Shown here: in pieces, positions 36,381 through 45,150 of the stretch
Layout: each line of letters begins with the position of its first letter
Position numbering within the stretch: the first letter of the stretch is position 1
Source: a virus
DNA length: 64,000 nt
Virus record (IMG/VR): IMGVR_UViG_3300046791_000298
Span: 12,830-76,829 of that record
Reading direction: 5' to 3' (one strand)
Position numbers and translations under genes: made by a program
Notes under the pieces: model-generated
Told to the model about the DNA's origin: nothing
Databases searched by the model: none
What the model saw: the letters and a program-made list of their open reading frames with translations, nothing else

Positions 36381-36962
36381 TTAAGCTACTGTTCCTGGTA
36401 AAGTATTAGTAGCATCGATATTTGTGAATCCGCTTCCAGCCGCGCCTCCACTTATTCCTCCACCACCACCAAGAAGACCACCAGAGAGTAACGAACCAGC
36501 ACCAGATAAAAGTCCTCCAGCTATGTTACTCCACAATGCATTACGATTGGCTTTTTGTTCTTTAAGGGCCCTGAGTTTTGCTTCCCATGGCGCATAAATA
36601 TTTTGGTACCAAGCCTTATCCTTTTCTTCCGCCAGAGCAGTTTTTGCTCCGTATAAATCTTGCGTGTTTTGTCGTCTTATTGCAGATTCGTCCTGGGCCA
36701 GATTTCTAACTGCCGTCTGTTTGTTCCCTTCGATAGCCGCCAATGTTGAAAGTAACGCAGATGTACTTGATGAATAATCCTTAGCCTGGCCAAGAGCATC
36801 AGCCTCTCCCTGATTTAAATTTTCTTCTGCTATCTGAATTTCCTGTGGTCTTCCAAATGCCTTAGCAGTCGCCAGCGCCACATTTTCGTACGCTTCCGGC
36901 TGGACTGCATACTTAGGCATGGTCGTCAGTTGCTTATTTATTTGCTTCTTCAGGTTTGCCAT
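36381..36962 (-). CDS. putative small ejection protein
   Basis: Ala/Gln-rich with Gly-rich C-terminus, typical of podovirus pilot proteins. Confidence 0.55.
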   Translation of the reverse strand: MANLKKQINKQLTTMPKYAVQPEAYENVALATAKAFGRPQEIQIAEENLNQGEADALGQAKDYSSSTSALLSTLAAIEGNKQTAVRNLAQDESAIRRQNTQDLYGAKTALAEEKDKAWYQNIYAPWEAKLRALKEQKANRNALWSNIAGGLLSGAGSLLSGGLLGGGGGISGGAAGSGFTNIDATNTLPGTVA

Positions 36963-36979
36963 AATCTCACTGTTTTAGC

Positions 36980-36987
36980 CAAAGTTA
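36980..36987 (-). promoter_or_regulatory. Bacteroidota -7 promoter box for ejection-protein genes
   Basis: TAACTTTG on the minus strand, 17 nt upstream of ATG 36962. Confidence 0.5.
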
Positions 36988-39900
36988 TTAAGTTTTAACC
37001 GTTTTCTCACTTAGGGTATAATATAGCGCTAGCCAATTGAAAACAGATAAATAAGTCACTGCTGGATTAAGTTTTAACCGAACTAGTAATGCTTTACTTC
37101 GCATAACATCACCATTAATTTTCGCATCGTCTCCCGTTTTATTAGCAGTATTTACATCTCGCATGATATCAGCCCAAAACATATCTTCCTTGTCAGTCAG
37201 ATCATCTAGATTGATGTATGTTCCCTGGATAGTTGCTCCATTACTTTTCCAATCTCCTTTAATTGAGGGCAAAGACCATTTATCGGAAGCAATATGCCCT
37301 TGTGCCTGCCATACTTTCTTTTTTCTGAAACTAGGATTTGCAATCAATTCAATTTCACAATCTTTTTTCACTCCATAGAAAGTGCTGAAATTATCCTCAT
37401 CGGCTTCATGAATATGAATTTTACCTGTTGTCATTGAATAAACCTCATTATCAAGCGATTCGAATCCTTCTGCCGCAAAATCAAAAAATTCCTTCCAACG
37501 TGGTCCCGTCGGAGTTTCTTCATGGAATGATATGCATTTATAAACAGAATACCCTTTAAAGGTTCCAGGTAAATCAACATGATCCAGGTACATTAACCAT
37601 CTATCGTGATAATTATCCCAAGTTGAAATAATTTTAACTGGAGTATCGGATGCTGCATTGATGCCCGCAATTATTATCGATAAATCCTTGAACCAGTTTT
37701 TCATTTTATATTTACTGCTGATCTCAGTCAATCCGTCCTGGGCATAACGAATCCATGAGCCTGCTTTTTGATCCCAATAAATCAATCGACCTCTTTCTAA
37801 GCTAATACTCTCCGGGTTTAATGTCCCATGACTCCCTAAAAGTGTATTGAATGAACCTAGAACACGATCGCTCAGTGCGATTTGTTGCCTTCCGGATAAG
37901 TCTTCAAGGACAGTCCTGTTAACATAAATACTCCAGGTTTCAGATTCACCAATAGCAAGCAGGATGTTACCAACCGATTCAACTTGCGCATGGGATATAT
38001 TTACAAGGGCTCGTATTCTACCGTATTCAGCAGGGTATATAAATTGATCTCTATCATTAAATCTATTAATTTGATTAACGAAAGAGTCTTGAACCAATTT
38101 CCCCCCAAACCTAGCCTGTGTTTGTATAAATGTCGCTTCTGGCAGATCAAGATATGCGATTGAAGGTCGTCCGTTATTCTTTTCCCAGAACTCGTATGTC
38201 TTTTCAACATCAGGATTCATTGAAGTAGCAACCCCCGTGCTGATAATTGATAAATCCCGAAAAATTATTTTTTGGATAGAAAAACAATCCCCATAAAACA
38301 ATGGCATTTTATTGAAGATATCAAATGGACCCTGTTGTGATAATTCAACGGAGGTATTATCGATATAAACCCAATCTCTTTTACTGAAATCACGACTTGC
38401 TGTGCCGGGGAATAAAATAGGGTACCATTCTCCGCATTCGTGAAATATAAAATTATTATCATCCGGGATTTCATTCGGAGTATATACCTCCATGTCATAT
38501 TTTGAACCCCATACAGCACCGTCACCAGTAGGGAGACTTAATAGGGTGCTTGGTTTTTCTACGATAATGCCAGCCCCAGTGAATTCTAATATTTCAAGAT
38601 CATATATTCTAAGGTCAGCCGAGGATGCCGGGGAAGCTAACTCACTACCCCAAAACCTTACTCGATCTCCTTCACGAAAATTATAAAATAGTTTAGCGAG
38701 CGGCTTATTTTTAGTGGATGATTGCCTGGCCGCATTGTACCAGTTATTGATATCAATGTATATTCTGCTTGCATTAGTTACAGCGATTGAAGTAGATGTG
38801 CTAACACGGATTTCTGGCCCAATCTTAAATCTCATTTTATTGAAATCCAGATAACCAGCTTTCGATTTATCTCTGAATAAATTAATACTGATTTGATCTG
38901 TCTTGCTAAGGATTTCACTTGTGCCAAGTTTTGCTTTCTCAATCTCCTGAGCTACTTGATAGCCATCAACGATATTTGAATTCTCAAAATGTTGAGCAAG
39001 TTTGTCTTTTATAGCCTGTGGCAAAGAAGTTGCCCCAATTAAAGTAGATGCCGAATCGAGTAAGGGCACAAATTTATTAGCAATCCCCCTCATGAAGGAG
39101 TTGATATTAATAACATTGCTTCTCACTATCTGAAAGCAGGTTGCCCACTCTGGGGGTACTACTGAATCTGGTATTTTAAAAGTGAGAGCATGTAAACGAA
39201 ACTGACTTGTCACCGGCAATTCGTAAATCCAATTATCAGTAGTATAGGTTAGGCTTCTCCATCCAGTATGATCACCATAAATGATACCACCTTTGTAAAG
39301 CCCTCTATCCTTAAAATTAAATTGGCTAAGCGCATTTAACTTCAATAATTTTTCTCTTGGTGTAGGATCAAATTGAGGGAAAGAACTACTCGGATCAGCA
39401 TCATTCCAGTCTGCGCCTGGATCAATTACACTTCCAACATCTTCAACAGCGAAATCAGTAACAGGCTCATGTTCATTTAAACAATCACCAAAAACAAATC
39501 TGTTATCAATTGCCTCAACAGTGCCAGCTAAAAAGGGGACGCTATCGAACTGCTCATTAAATTCAGCACTAGGGATAATCCTACCGTCAACTGATCCATC
39601 AAAATAATGGTATGGCTCGAATACTCCACCGCTTTCGTAAATACGTTTCCATAGTCTCCATGGACTTCTTTCTCCTTCACGATAAGCTAGTTCAATATAC
39701 TCTACAGCTTCAGTGAATTTTATACTATCATGACCAAAATAATTGTATTCCGCCAGCGTGCCAGGAACATCTAAGATGCTTCCACGGACCTCAACTTCAA
39801 TTGCAGTTATAACTTTGTTAGCATAATAATTTGTGAATACACTATTCACATCTTCAACGTATGCAGCCTTACTCACTGGCCCCCATCTTGATTTCAGTTT

Positions 39901-40563
39901 GCCTTTATAAACATATTTGTGGGTAAACTGAAAGACCTTATTCGAGAGCTTCTCCCAATTATTAATCGATCCGTCATAATAAATTCTTGGTATCGAAGGA
40001 GCAGTTGGAGCCCATTTAACGAAAGAGATATGAAATTCTCTAAGATTACTACCTAATGTAAATGCGGTTTGGTAAATAGTATTGACGTCAACCAGTCTGG
40101 GAGCATTTATACGATCAGTAAAAGCCAGCCAGTTGTTGATTAGGGCGGCCTTTATAAAAGTGCCGAAGTTAAGTATACTATTTTCAACTAAAAGATAGGT
40201 TGTACGTTCTGCTTTAACATACATCTCAATGCGATCGGTGGTGTCTTCCCAGAAGATAAATACTCGCCCATTAGCAACATCTTTAAGTTTCCCCCTCTCA
40301 ATACCAGAGGATGGATATGTTGCGCTAACCCAGGCGGATCCGTTCCAAGATTTATAGAGAGTAACTTGAGTAGTCCCCGCAACAGTCTCACTCCCTCCTG
40401 TATTGTTTTCAATACTGGAGCCATTATTCATGTTGCGCATATATGTGTAATCACCTAACTCAAAAAGGCTACGTCCTTCAGCCCCGAGCGGGGGTGAAAG
40501 AGGGCTGTCATCATGGTTCAGCCCGCCACGAGGCGATAGTAAGACTTCTGTTAATTCTGGCAT
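36988..40563 (-). CDS. tail nozzle/muzzle (stabilisation) protein
   Basis: 1191 aa, N-terminal GGLNHDD, HG.LNPES beta-propeller-like C-terminal part; follows ring proteins. Confidence 0.65.
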   Translation of the reverse strand: MPELTEVLLSPRGGLNHDDSPLSPPLGAEGRSLFELGDYTYMRNMNNGSSIENNTGGSETVAGTTQVTLYKSWNGSAWVSATYPSSGIERGKLKDVANGRVFIFWEDTTDRIEMYVKAERTTYLLVENSILNFGTFIKAALINNWLAFTDRINAPRLVDVNTIYQTAFTLGSNLREFHISFVKWAPTAPSIPRIYYDGSINNWEKLSNKVFQFTHKYVYKGKLKSRWGPVSKAAYVEDVNSVFTNYYANKVITAIEVEVRGSILDVPGTLAEYNYFGHDSIKFTEAVEYIELAYREGERSPWRLWKRIYESGGVFEPYHYFDGSVDGRIIPSAEFNEQFDSVPFLAGTVEAIDNRFVFGDCLNEHEPVTDFAVEDVGSVIDPGADWNDADPSSSFPQFDPTPREKLLKLNALSQFNFKDRGLYKGGIIYGDHTGWRSLTYTTDNWIYELPVTSQFRLHALTFKIPDSVVPPEWATCFQIVRSNVININSFMRGIANKFVPLLDSASTLIGATSLPQAIKDKLAQHFENSNIVDGYQVAQEIEKAKLGTSEILSKTDQISINLFRDKSKAGYLDFNKMRFKIGPEIRVSTSTSIAVTNASRIYIDINNWYNAARQSSTKNKPLAKLFYNFREGDRVRFWGSELASPASSADLRIYDLEILEFTGAGIIVEKPSTLLSLPTGDGAVWGSKYDMEVYTPNEIPDDNNFIFHECGEWYPILFPGTASRDFSKRDWVYIDNTSVELSQQGPFDIFNKMPLFYGDCFSIQKIIFRDLSIISTGVATSMNPDVEKTYEFWEKNNGRPSIAYLDLPEATFIQTQARFGGKLVQDSFVNQINRFNDRDQFIYPAEYGRIRALVNISHAQVESVGNILLAIGESETWSIYVNRTVLEDLSGRQQIALSDRVLGSFNTLLGSHGTLNPESISLERGRLIYWDQKAGSWIRYAQDGLTEISSKYKMKNWFKDLSIIIAGINAASDTPVKIISTWDNYHDRWLMYLDHVDLPGTFKGYSVYKCISFHEETPTGPRWKEFFDFAAEGFESLDNEVYSMTTGKIHIHEADEDNFSTFYGVKKDCEIELIANPSFRKKKVWQAQGHIASDKWSLPSIKGDWKSNGATIQGTYINLDDLTDKEDMFWADIMRDVNTANKTGDDAKINGDVMRSKALLVRLKLNPAVTYLSVFNWLALYYTLSEKTVKT

Positions 40564-40781
40564 TATACTTTAGCAAGCGGATTTTTCTCACTGAAATATT
40601 TTTTTGATTCCCATCCTTCTTTTCCTTCACCAGATTTAGTTACAAGAAATCCATTTTCAATTTTCTCAACCGAAACACTCATGTTTTCAGATGGTGTTGG
40701 AAGAGTAATTTCTTCTGCCTTGTCTTCTTTTTCCTCAGATTTGGATTCTTTTTTCTTAGATGTTCCTGATCTTACTTTCAT
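40563..40781 (-). CDS. small charged protein
   Basis: SVEKIENGFLV motif. Confidence 0.55.
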   Translation of the reverse strand: MKVRSGTSKKKESKSEEKEDKAEEITLPTPSENMSVSVEKIENGFLVTKSGEGKEGWESKKYFSEKNPLAKV

Positions 40782-40792
40782 ATTGGTATGGG

Positions 40793-41584
40793 TTAAACCT
40801 TCGATCTCAGAGCGTAATATTTTCTTGAAATATGGACCATATCCTTCGGACGTAAATTCGATGTACGACCTCTTACTAAAGTCATTGCATCAGCGACTTC
40901 TCTGCCAGTTCTGATAATTGACGATTCACTCCGTTCACGAACTGGACGAGTGCGTTCAATTTCATGCTCAATATATTTTTTCACATAATCGGCTAAATAT
41001 GCATGTACAATCGTTTCACCGCATACATTTATTCCATCAGAAATTGTTTCAATCACTAATTCAGTTGCGTTCAGTGGAGCATCTAAAAGTATTTCCTTAC
41101 AGCCGCCACCACGATCAACGAATTGGAATAATCCTTGAGAGGGGATGCCACCACCAACACTGAATAAACTATTGCCATTATAGTTAGCAAAAAAGTAACC
41201 TCCGTATGATCCGAAGTCGAGGCCATTTGGGAGAGAATCGGGTGGCCAGTGTTCTGTAAATTGAGGATTACCAAGCGTGCGCTCTTCTTTACTGAGGTCG
41301 GCATTAACTGAGAGTGTTCTAAGGTATTGACCACATGGAACCGCAACTTTAATCCAATCCACACAGCCCGTATCCAATGTAACTGTTTTTACATCAGATA
41401 TCGTTTTACGGACAGTCTTTACTTCCTGGGCTTGATCGAGTTTTAATTCTCTGAATCCCCATTTCGCCATCCCGAGAAATTTGGCAAAGTACGCCTGAGT
41501 CAAACCGTGGTTCTCGATAACCTGATCCACGATGGACGAAATCTTATTGTATTGGTCCGTGGTATTTATTAAATCCTCAGCCAT
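40793..41584 (-). CDS. tail ring/adaptor protein
   Basis: Size, position and ~GFREL..D pattern resemble crAss-like ring proteins. Confidence 0.55.
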   Translation of the reverse strand: MAEDLINTTDQYNKISSIVDQVIENHGLTQAYFAKFLGMAKWGFRELKLDQAQEVKTVRKTISDVKTVTLDTGCVDWIKVAVPCGQYLRTLSVNADLSKEERTLGNPQFTEHWPPDSLPNGLDFGSYGGYFFANYNGNSLFSVGGGIPSQGLFQFVDRGGGCKEILLDAPLNATELVIETISDGINVCGETIVHAYLADYVKKYIEHEIERTRPVRERSESSIIRTGREVADAMTLVRGRTSNLRPKDMVHISRKYYALRSKV

Positions 41585-42254
41585 CTTTTCTTAGGTTAGC
41601 AGTATCAATACTTTCTCTTACTGTATCGGCTCCTTGATTTTTGCGTTCTCTAAACCATTTAACTGTCTCCCTGATAACATAATCCTCCATACCTGCGTCA
41701 ATTGGGTAAGGAGCATCGTCATTAATAGCGGAGGCGTCTCTTATCACTAATTGTAATCCAGCGCCACCAAACTTAGACGAGATATCCTGGCGACCCTTAA
41801 AATAAAATCTGCTGCCCTGTAGATAAACCCCCAGCCTTCCCTCAAGATTACCGGCCAGTGTATTTCTAATAGTAACAGCCTCTGATGGTGTTAATATTGC
41901 TATTGGATCGAAATAATTCTTCTCCAGGTAAACTCGCACAATACCTCCATTTCTTGGAAGGACTACATAATTCGATGGAAGCGCAAAATAACTCTCACCA
42001 TTATCGGTTACATCAGTAATCGGTAGCCATGAATTAAGTCGTCCGTCCCACGTGGTTATATATTGATCATCAATAGACTTTTCGCCCAGATTCCAGCTCT
42101 CAAAAATCCCCATCTTGGCACCATAATTTACGATCTGATCCATGCGAAGTATCACTTCACGTTGATCAATTTTTTCATCGCGATTACGGAACTGGCTATT
42201 GAGTTCAAGTAAAACTTGTTCTGAAAAATATAATTTTGTTTTAACTGTTGCCAT
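41577..42254 (-). CDS. tail ring/adaptor protein
   Basis: YFALP...; DDAPYPID C-terminal motif. Confidence 0.55.
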   Translation of the reverse strand: MATVKTKLYFSEQVLLELNSQFRNRDEKIDQREVILRMDQIVNYGAKMGIFESWNLGEKSIDDQYITTWDGRLNSWLPITDVTDNGESYFALPSNYVVLPRNGGIVRVYLEKNYFDPIAILTPSEAVTIRNTLAGNLEGRLGVYLQGSRFYFKGRQDISSKFGGAGLQLVIRDASAINDDAPYPIDAGMEDYVIRETVKWFRERKNQGADTVRESIDTANLRKDG

Positions 42255-42255
42255 A

Positions 42256-42930
42256 TTACACGCCCTCCTTTTCTTTAATCATCGCATACTGTGTCAATTC
42301 AGCAAGACTTAAGTTCACGCCAAAGAATTGAAGAATGATCATAATTATTTCGAGATGCGTGATATCCGCCAATTCAAAATCTACGCTATTCCCGGCTCCT
42401 ACTACTCCTCCAGTAGCGGCATAGATTGGCTTACCGCTGACCATAGTATAATTCCAGATGGGTGTCTCGGGCTGACGTAGATAATTTAATTTTATCGGTG
42501 TAAGCGAAGTTGGATAGATATGAAAGCCCGCCTCAGATACAACGAACTTAGGGAATGTCGCTGTCGGTGGAGCAATCACACTTCTATTCATGATGGCAAT
42601 CTCATCAGGAGTAGCCTCTTGGATTAAAATACCACCGTTTGTAGTAAGTGAATCCCAGTCGATGTACTCTCCTGGCGGTACCGCTATCCCTCCAGAGACA
42701 GTGATTGACTCATTGAGTTTAAGGATATTACTCAATTCTCTACGAATTGTCTGATCAGATTGCCAGCCAGTTTTTATTCCTTTCGCATCATACTTAGGGG
42801 TGATACGTCCGTTGATAAAAGAAATCTGAGCCCGTGGAGCAACAAGGTTGAATTGCTCAGGGGCAATATTCCCATTCTGCTCTTTATTGTAAAAGAATTG
42901 AGTAATTCGATATATTTCGTCAATAGTCAT
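42256..42930 (-). CDS. tail ring/head-tail adaptor protein
   Basis: NKEQNGNIAPEQFNL..AQ; YLRQP..P.W.Y; DFEL. Confidence 0.6.
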   Translation of the reverse strand: MTIDEIYRITQFFYNKEQNGNIAPEQFNLVAPRAQISFINGRITPKYDAKGIKTGWQSDQTIRRELSNILKLNESITVSGGIAVPPGEYIDWDSLTTNGGILIQEATPDEIAIMNRSVIAPPTATFPKFVVSEAGFHIYPTSLTPIKLNYLRQPETPIWNYTMVSGKPIYAATGGVVGAGNSVDFELADITHLEIIMIILQFFGVNLSLAELTQYAMIKEKEGV

Positions 42931-42938
42931 TAGTCATT

Positions 42939-43382
42939 TTAATCGTTTTGTTCTTCTTCCTCCTCCTCTTCTTCCTGTTCAATTTCAACCACAGGCATTG
43001 CAGGAATAACAACCGACTGAAATGCTCGCTTCATATCGAAAGTAATGCCATCGGTAGGATATTTTTCGATTACATGACATGATATCATCACCTCTTCCTT
43101 ATCAATTTCATCCATTTTTGCCCAAATTTTCTTGGTGTCCTCCTCAGTATGCTGATACCGGCCATTCTTATCGAGATCAATGTGTTTTGAGTTTGTTTTC
43201 TTAGCCAGGCTTATCTTAAACAAATCTCTCTTACGATCTACTTTCTTCAATTTTTCAATAGCTGATGGCAAAATTGCTTCAATTGCTTTTGACAGGTCTG
43301 ATTCCTCTGTATTGCTCAGATATTGCTTGCTGGCAAATACGAATAGATTCAATTGCTCTTTAGTGATTGTCGTTTTGTCCAT
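42939..43382 (-). CDS. hypothetical protein, possible fibre chaperone
   Basis: 147 aa with acidic tail, directly downstream of fibre genes. Confidence 0.5.
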   Translation of the reverse strand: MDKTTITKEQLNLFVFASKQYLSNTEESDLSKAIEAILPSAIEKLKKVDRKRDLFKISLAKKTNSKHIDLDKNGRYQHTEEDTKKIWAKMDEIDKEEVMISCHVIEKYPTDGITFDMKRAFQSVVIPAMPVVEIEQEEEEEEEEQND

Positions 43383-43418
43383 AACACATTTTTTTATTAT
43401 AAAGTTAGGGATTAGATT

Positions 43419-44969
43419 CTAAACTCCTACAGGCTTTCTGTCTGTATAACTCTGAATATTTGTACAATCAGTAATTGTTCCATTGAATGTATTTATTGTT
43501 CTCCCTCCACTAGCATCTATTCTTGTAAAAGAAGCTAATAAGTTACAATTATTATTGCCATTATTTGGCATTAAAATGTTGGCTTTCGTGCTTGCATGAG
43601 AGGAGGTGAAAAGCACTATTGATCCTGTCCTTGATTTAAAGCAACTGAAAGATGCCGTAATTGTGTAGGTAACAGATTCTTTAAAATTCACAGTTATTGC
43701 CGTTGTTACTACACAAGTAACAGTTGCGGCTGTGAACCCAGATGAACCAGCAAAAGTCGTTGTTGCTCCATTACCAATAGTTAAAGTAGCCGAAATAGAT
43801 AACAATGAATTAATTGTATATGTTTTCCCTGTCGTATTTGTCAATGTTACATTGTTCCAAGTTATACCATTGGTATTCAGAGTGCAGGTTCCTAAAAGTG
43901 AAAGTGTTGAAGATGTGGTCGTAATCGTTCCGCTGGTGTAAGTCAGTGTGCCGGTATTGTACAGAACAGTACCGCTAATTGTAATAGCCCCCCCAACTAA
44001 AGTTAGGTTATTTGAAACGCCACCTCCTCCCCCAGTATCAGACCATGTTCCTGAATCCAGTTCAATATCCGCAGTCCCAGTCATATTGACACCACAGGTA
44101 ATCCCATTGCAAAATACTTTTTCACTTGCTGTTTTGTTAATAACAAGACCAGTAGTACCAACAACGAAAGATGACAATGTTGCACCAACATGCAAATCTT
44201 CTGTTAATGTAATGGATGCAGATAAATTTTGACCACCTTCAATATTATTAAAGGTGACAGCATTTGCTTTGATTGTAACCGAACCATTAATTGTCATTTT
44301 TCCAGTAACCGTAACCGTCCCTGAAACGTACTCCATCAAGGCTCCTCCATACACCGTATCCCCGATAGAACTATTACCATCAAGATATAATGTCGTAGTT
44401 AAACTTCCTGTCCATGTTCCACCCTTTAAATACACTAAAGCAGAGCCACTCAAACCTTCAATTAACGGCAATCCACTTACATTTAATTTCTCTGCCGTTG
44501 TTTTATTTACCGCATTCGTACCCGTTCCTGCTGATGTAGAGAATGTCCCGCTAACGGTAAAATCACCGACAAGCGTAATTGTTTTATTAACATTGCCGAG
44601 TAGGTTTATATTATTCGGCCATGTTTTACCACCACTTGTAACCGTACCTGTTGCTGTAAGAACTATCCTTGAGCTTCCCGCAATAGTAAACCCAGTGTGC
44701 ATCGTCCAATTACCGCCTATCCGGAGTTCAGCATTATGAGTTATGGTTTGCGTGTACCCTGCCGTAATGTTCAAAGAGAGTACATCAGATATTGCATTGA
44801 CGGTAGCATTAGAATTTCCCAATACGCCACCACCATCAAATGTAACATCATCCGTAGAAACTGGTACAGAGGCATTGCCTACACCACCGGAAGTTGCAGA
44901 CCAATTAGTTGGCACTGTTGCATTCCAGTTTGCTGATGACCCGCCTCCAACCCAAAATCTAGCTGCCAT
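43419..44969 (-). CDS. Thr/Gly-rich beta-helical fibre/spike protein (paralogue B)
   Basis: Starts MAARFWVGGG; internal repeats (NKTTAE, GGTWTG); C-terminal FTRIDASGGR. Confidence 0.75.
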   Translation of the reverse strand: MAARFWVGGGSSANWNATVPTNWSATSGGVGNASVPVSTDDVTFDGGGVLGNSNATVNAISDVLSLNITAGYTQTITHNAELRIGGNWTMHTGFTIAGSSRIVLTATGTVTSGGKTWPNNINLLGNVNKTITLVGDFTVSGTFSTSAGTGTNAVNKTTAEKLNVSGLPLIEGLSGSALVYLKGGTWTGSLTTTLYLDGNSSIGDTVYGGALMEYVSGTVTVTGKMTINGSVTIKANAVTFNNIEGGQNLSASITLTEDLHVGATLSSFVVGTTGLVINKTASEKVFCNGITCGVNMTGTADIELDSGTWSDTGGGGGVSNNLTLVGGAITISGTVLYNTGTLTYTSGTITTTSSTLSLLGTCTLNTNGITWNNVTLTNTTGKTYTINSLLSISATLTIGNGATTTFAGSSGFTAATVTCVVTTAITVNFKESVTYTITASFSCFKSRTGSIVLFTSSHASTKANILMPNNGNNNCNLLASFTRIDASGGRTINTFNGTITDCTNIQSYTDRKPVGV

Positions 44970-45147
44970 TTACTTCTTCAGTTTTAATTTCTTCCTTTTT
45001 CACTTCAGGTTTAAATCTGACTTTACCTTTACATCCACGCACTCCACAATTTATTATAATCCCTTTTTCGGTTTTGATATTCGCTTTGAATAAAAACTTT
45101 GGTGGTATAATTCTATGATGTGCCGTATCGCAAAATAAATGTTTCAT
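44959..45147 (-). CDS. small Cys-containing protein
   Basis: FCDTAHH...NCGVRGC; lies between the two fibre paralogues. Confidence 0.55.
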   Translation of the reverse strand: MKHLFCDTAHHRIIPPKFLFKANIKTEKGIIINCGVRGCKGKVRFKPEVKKEEIKTEEVNGS

Positions 45148-45150
45148 AGT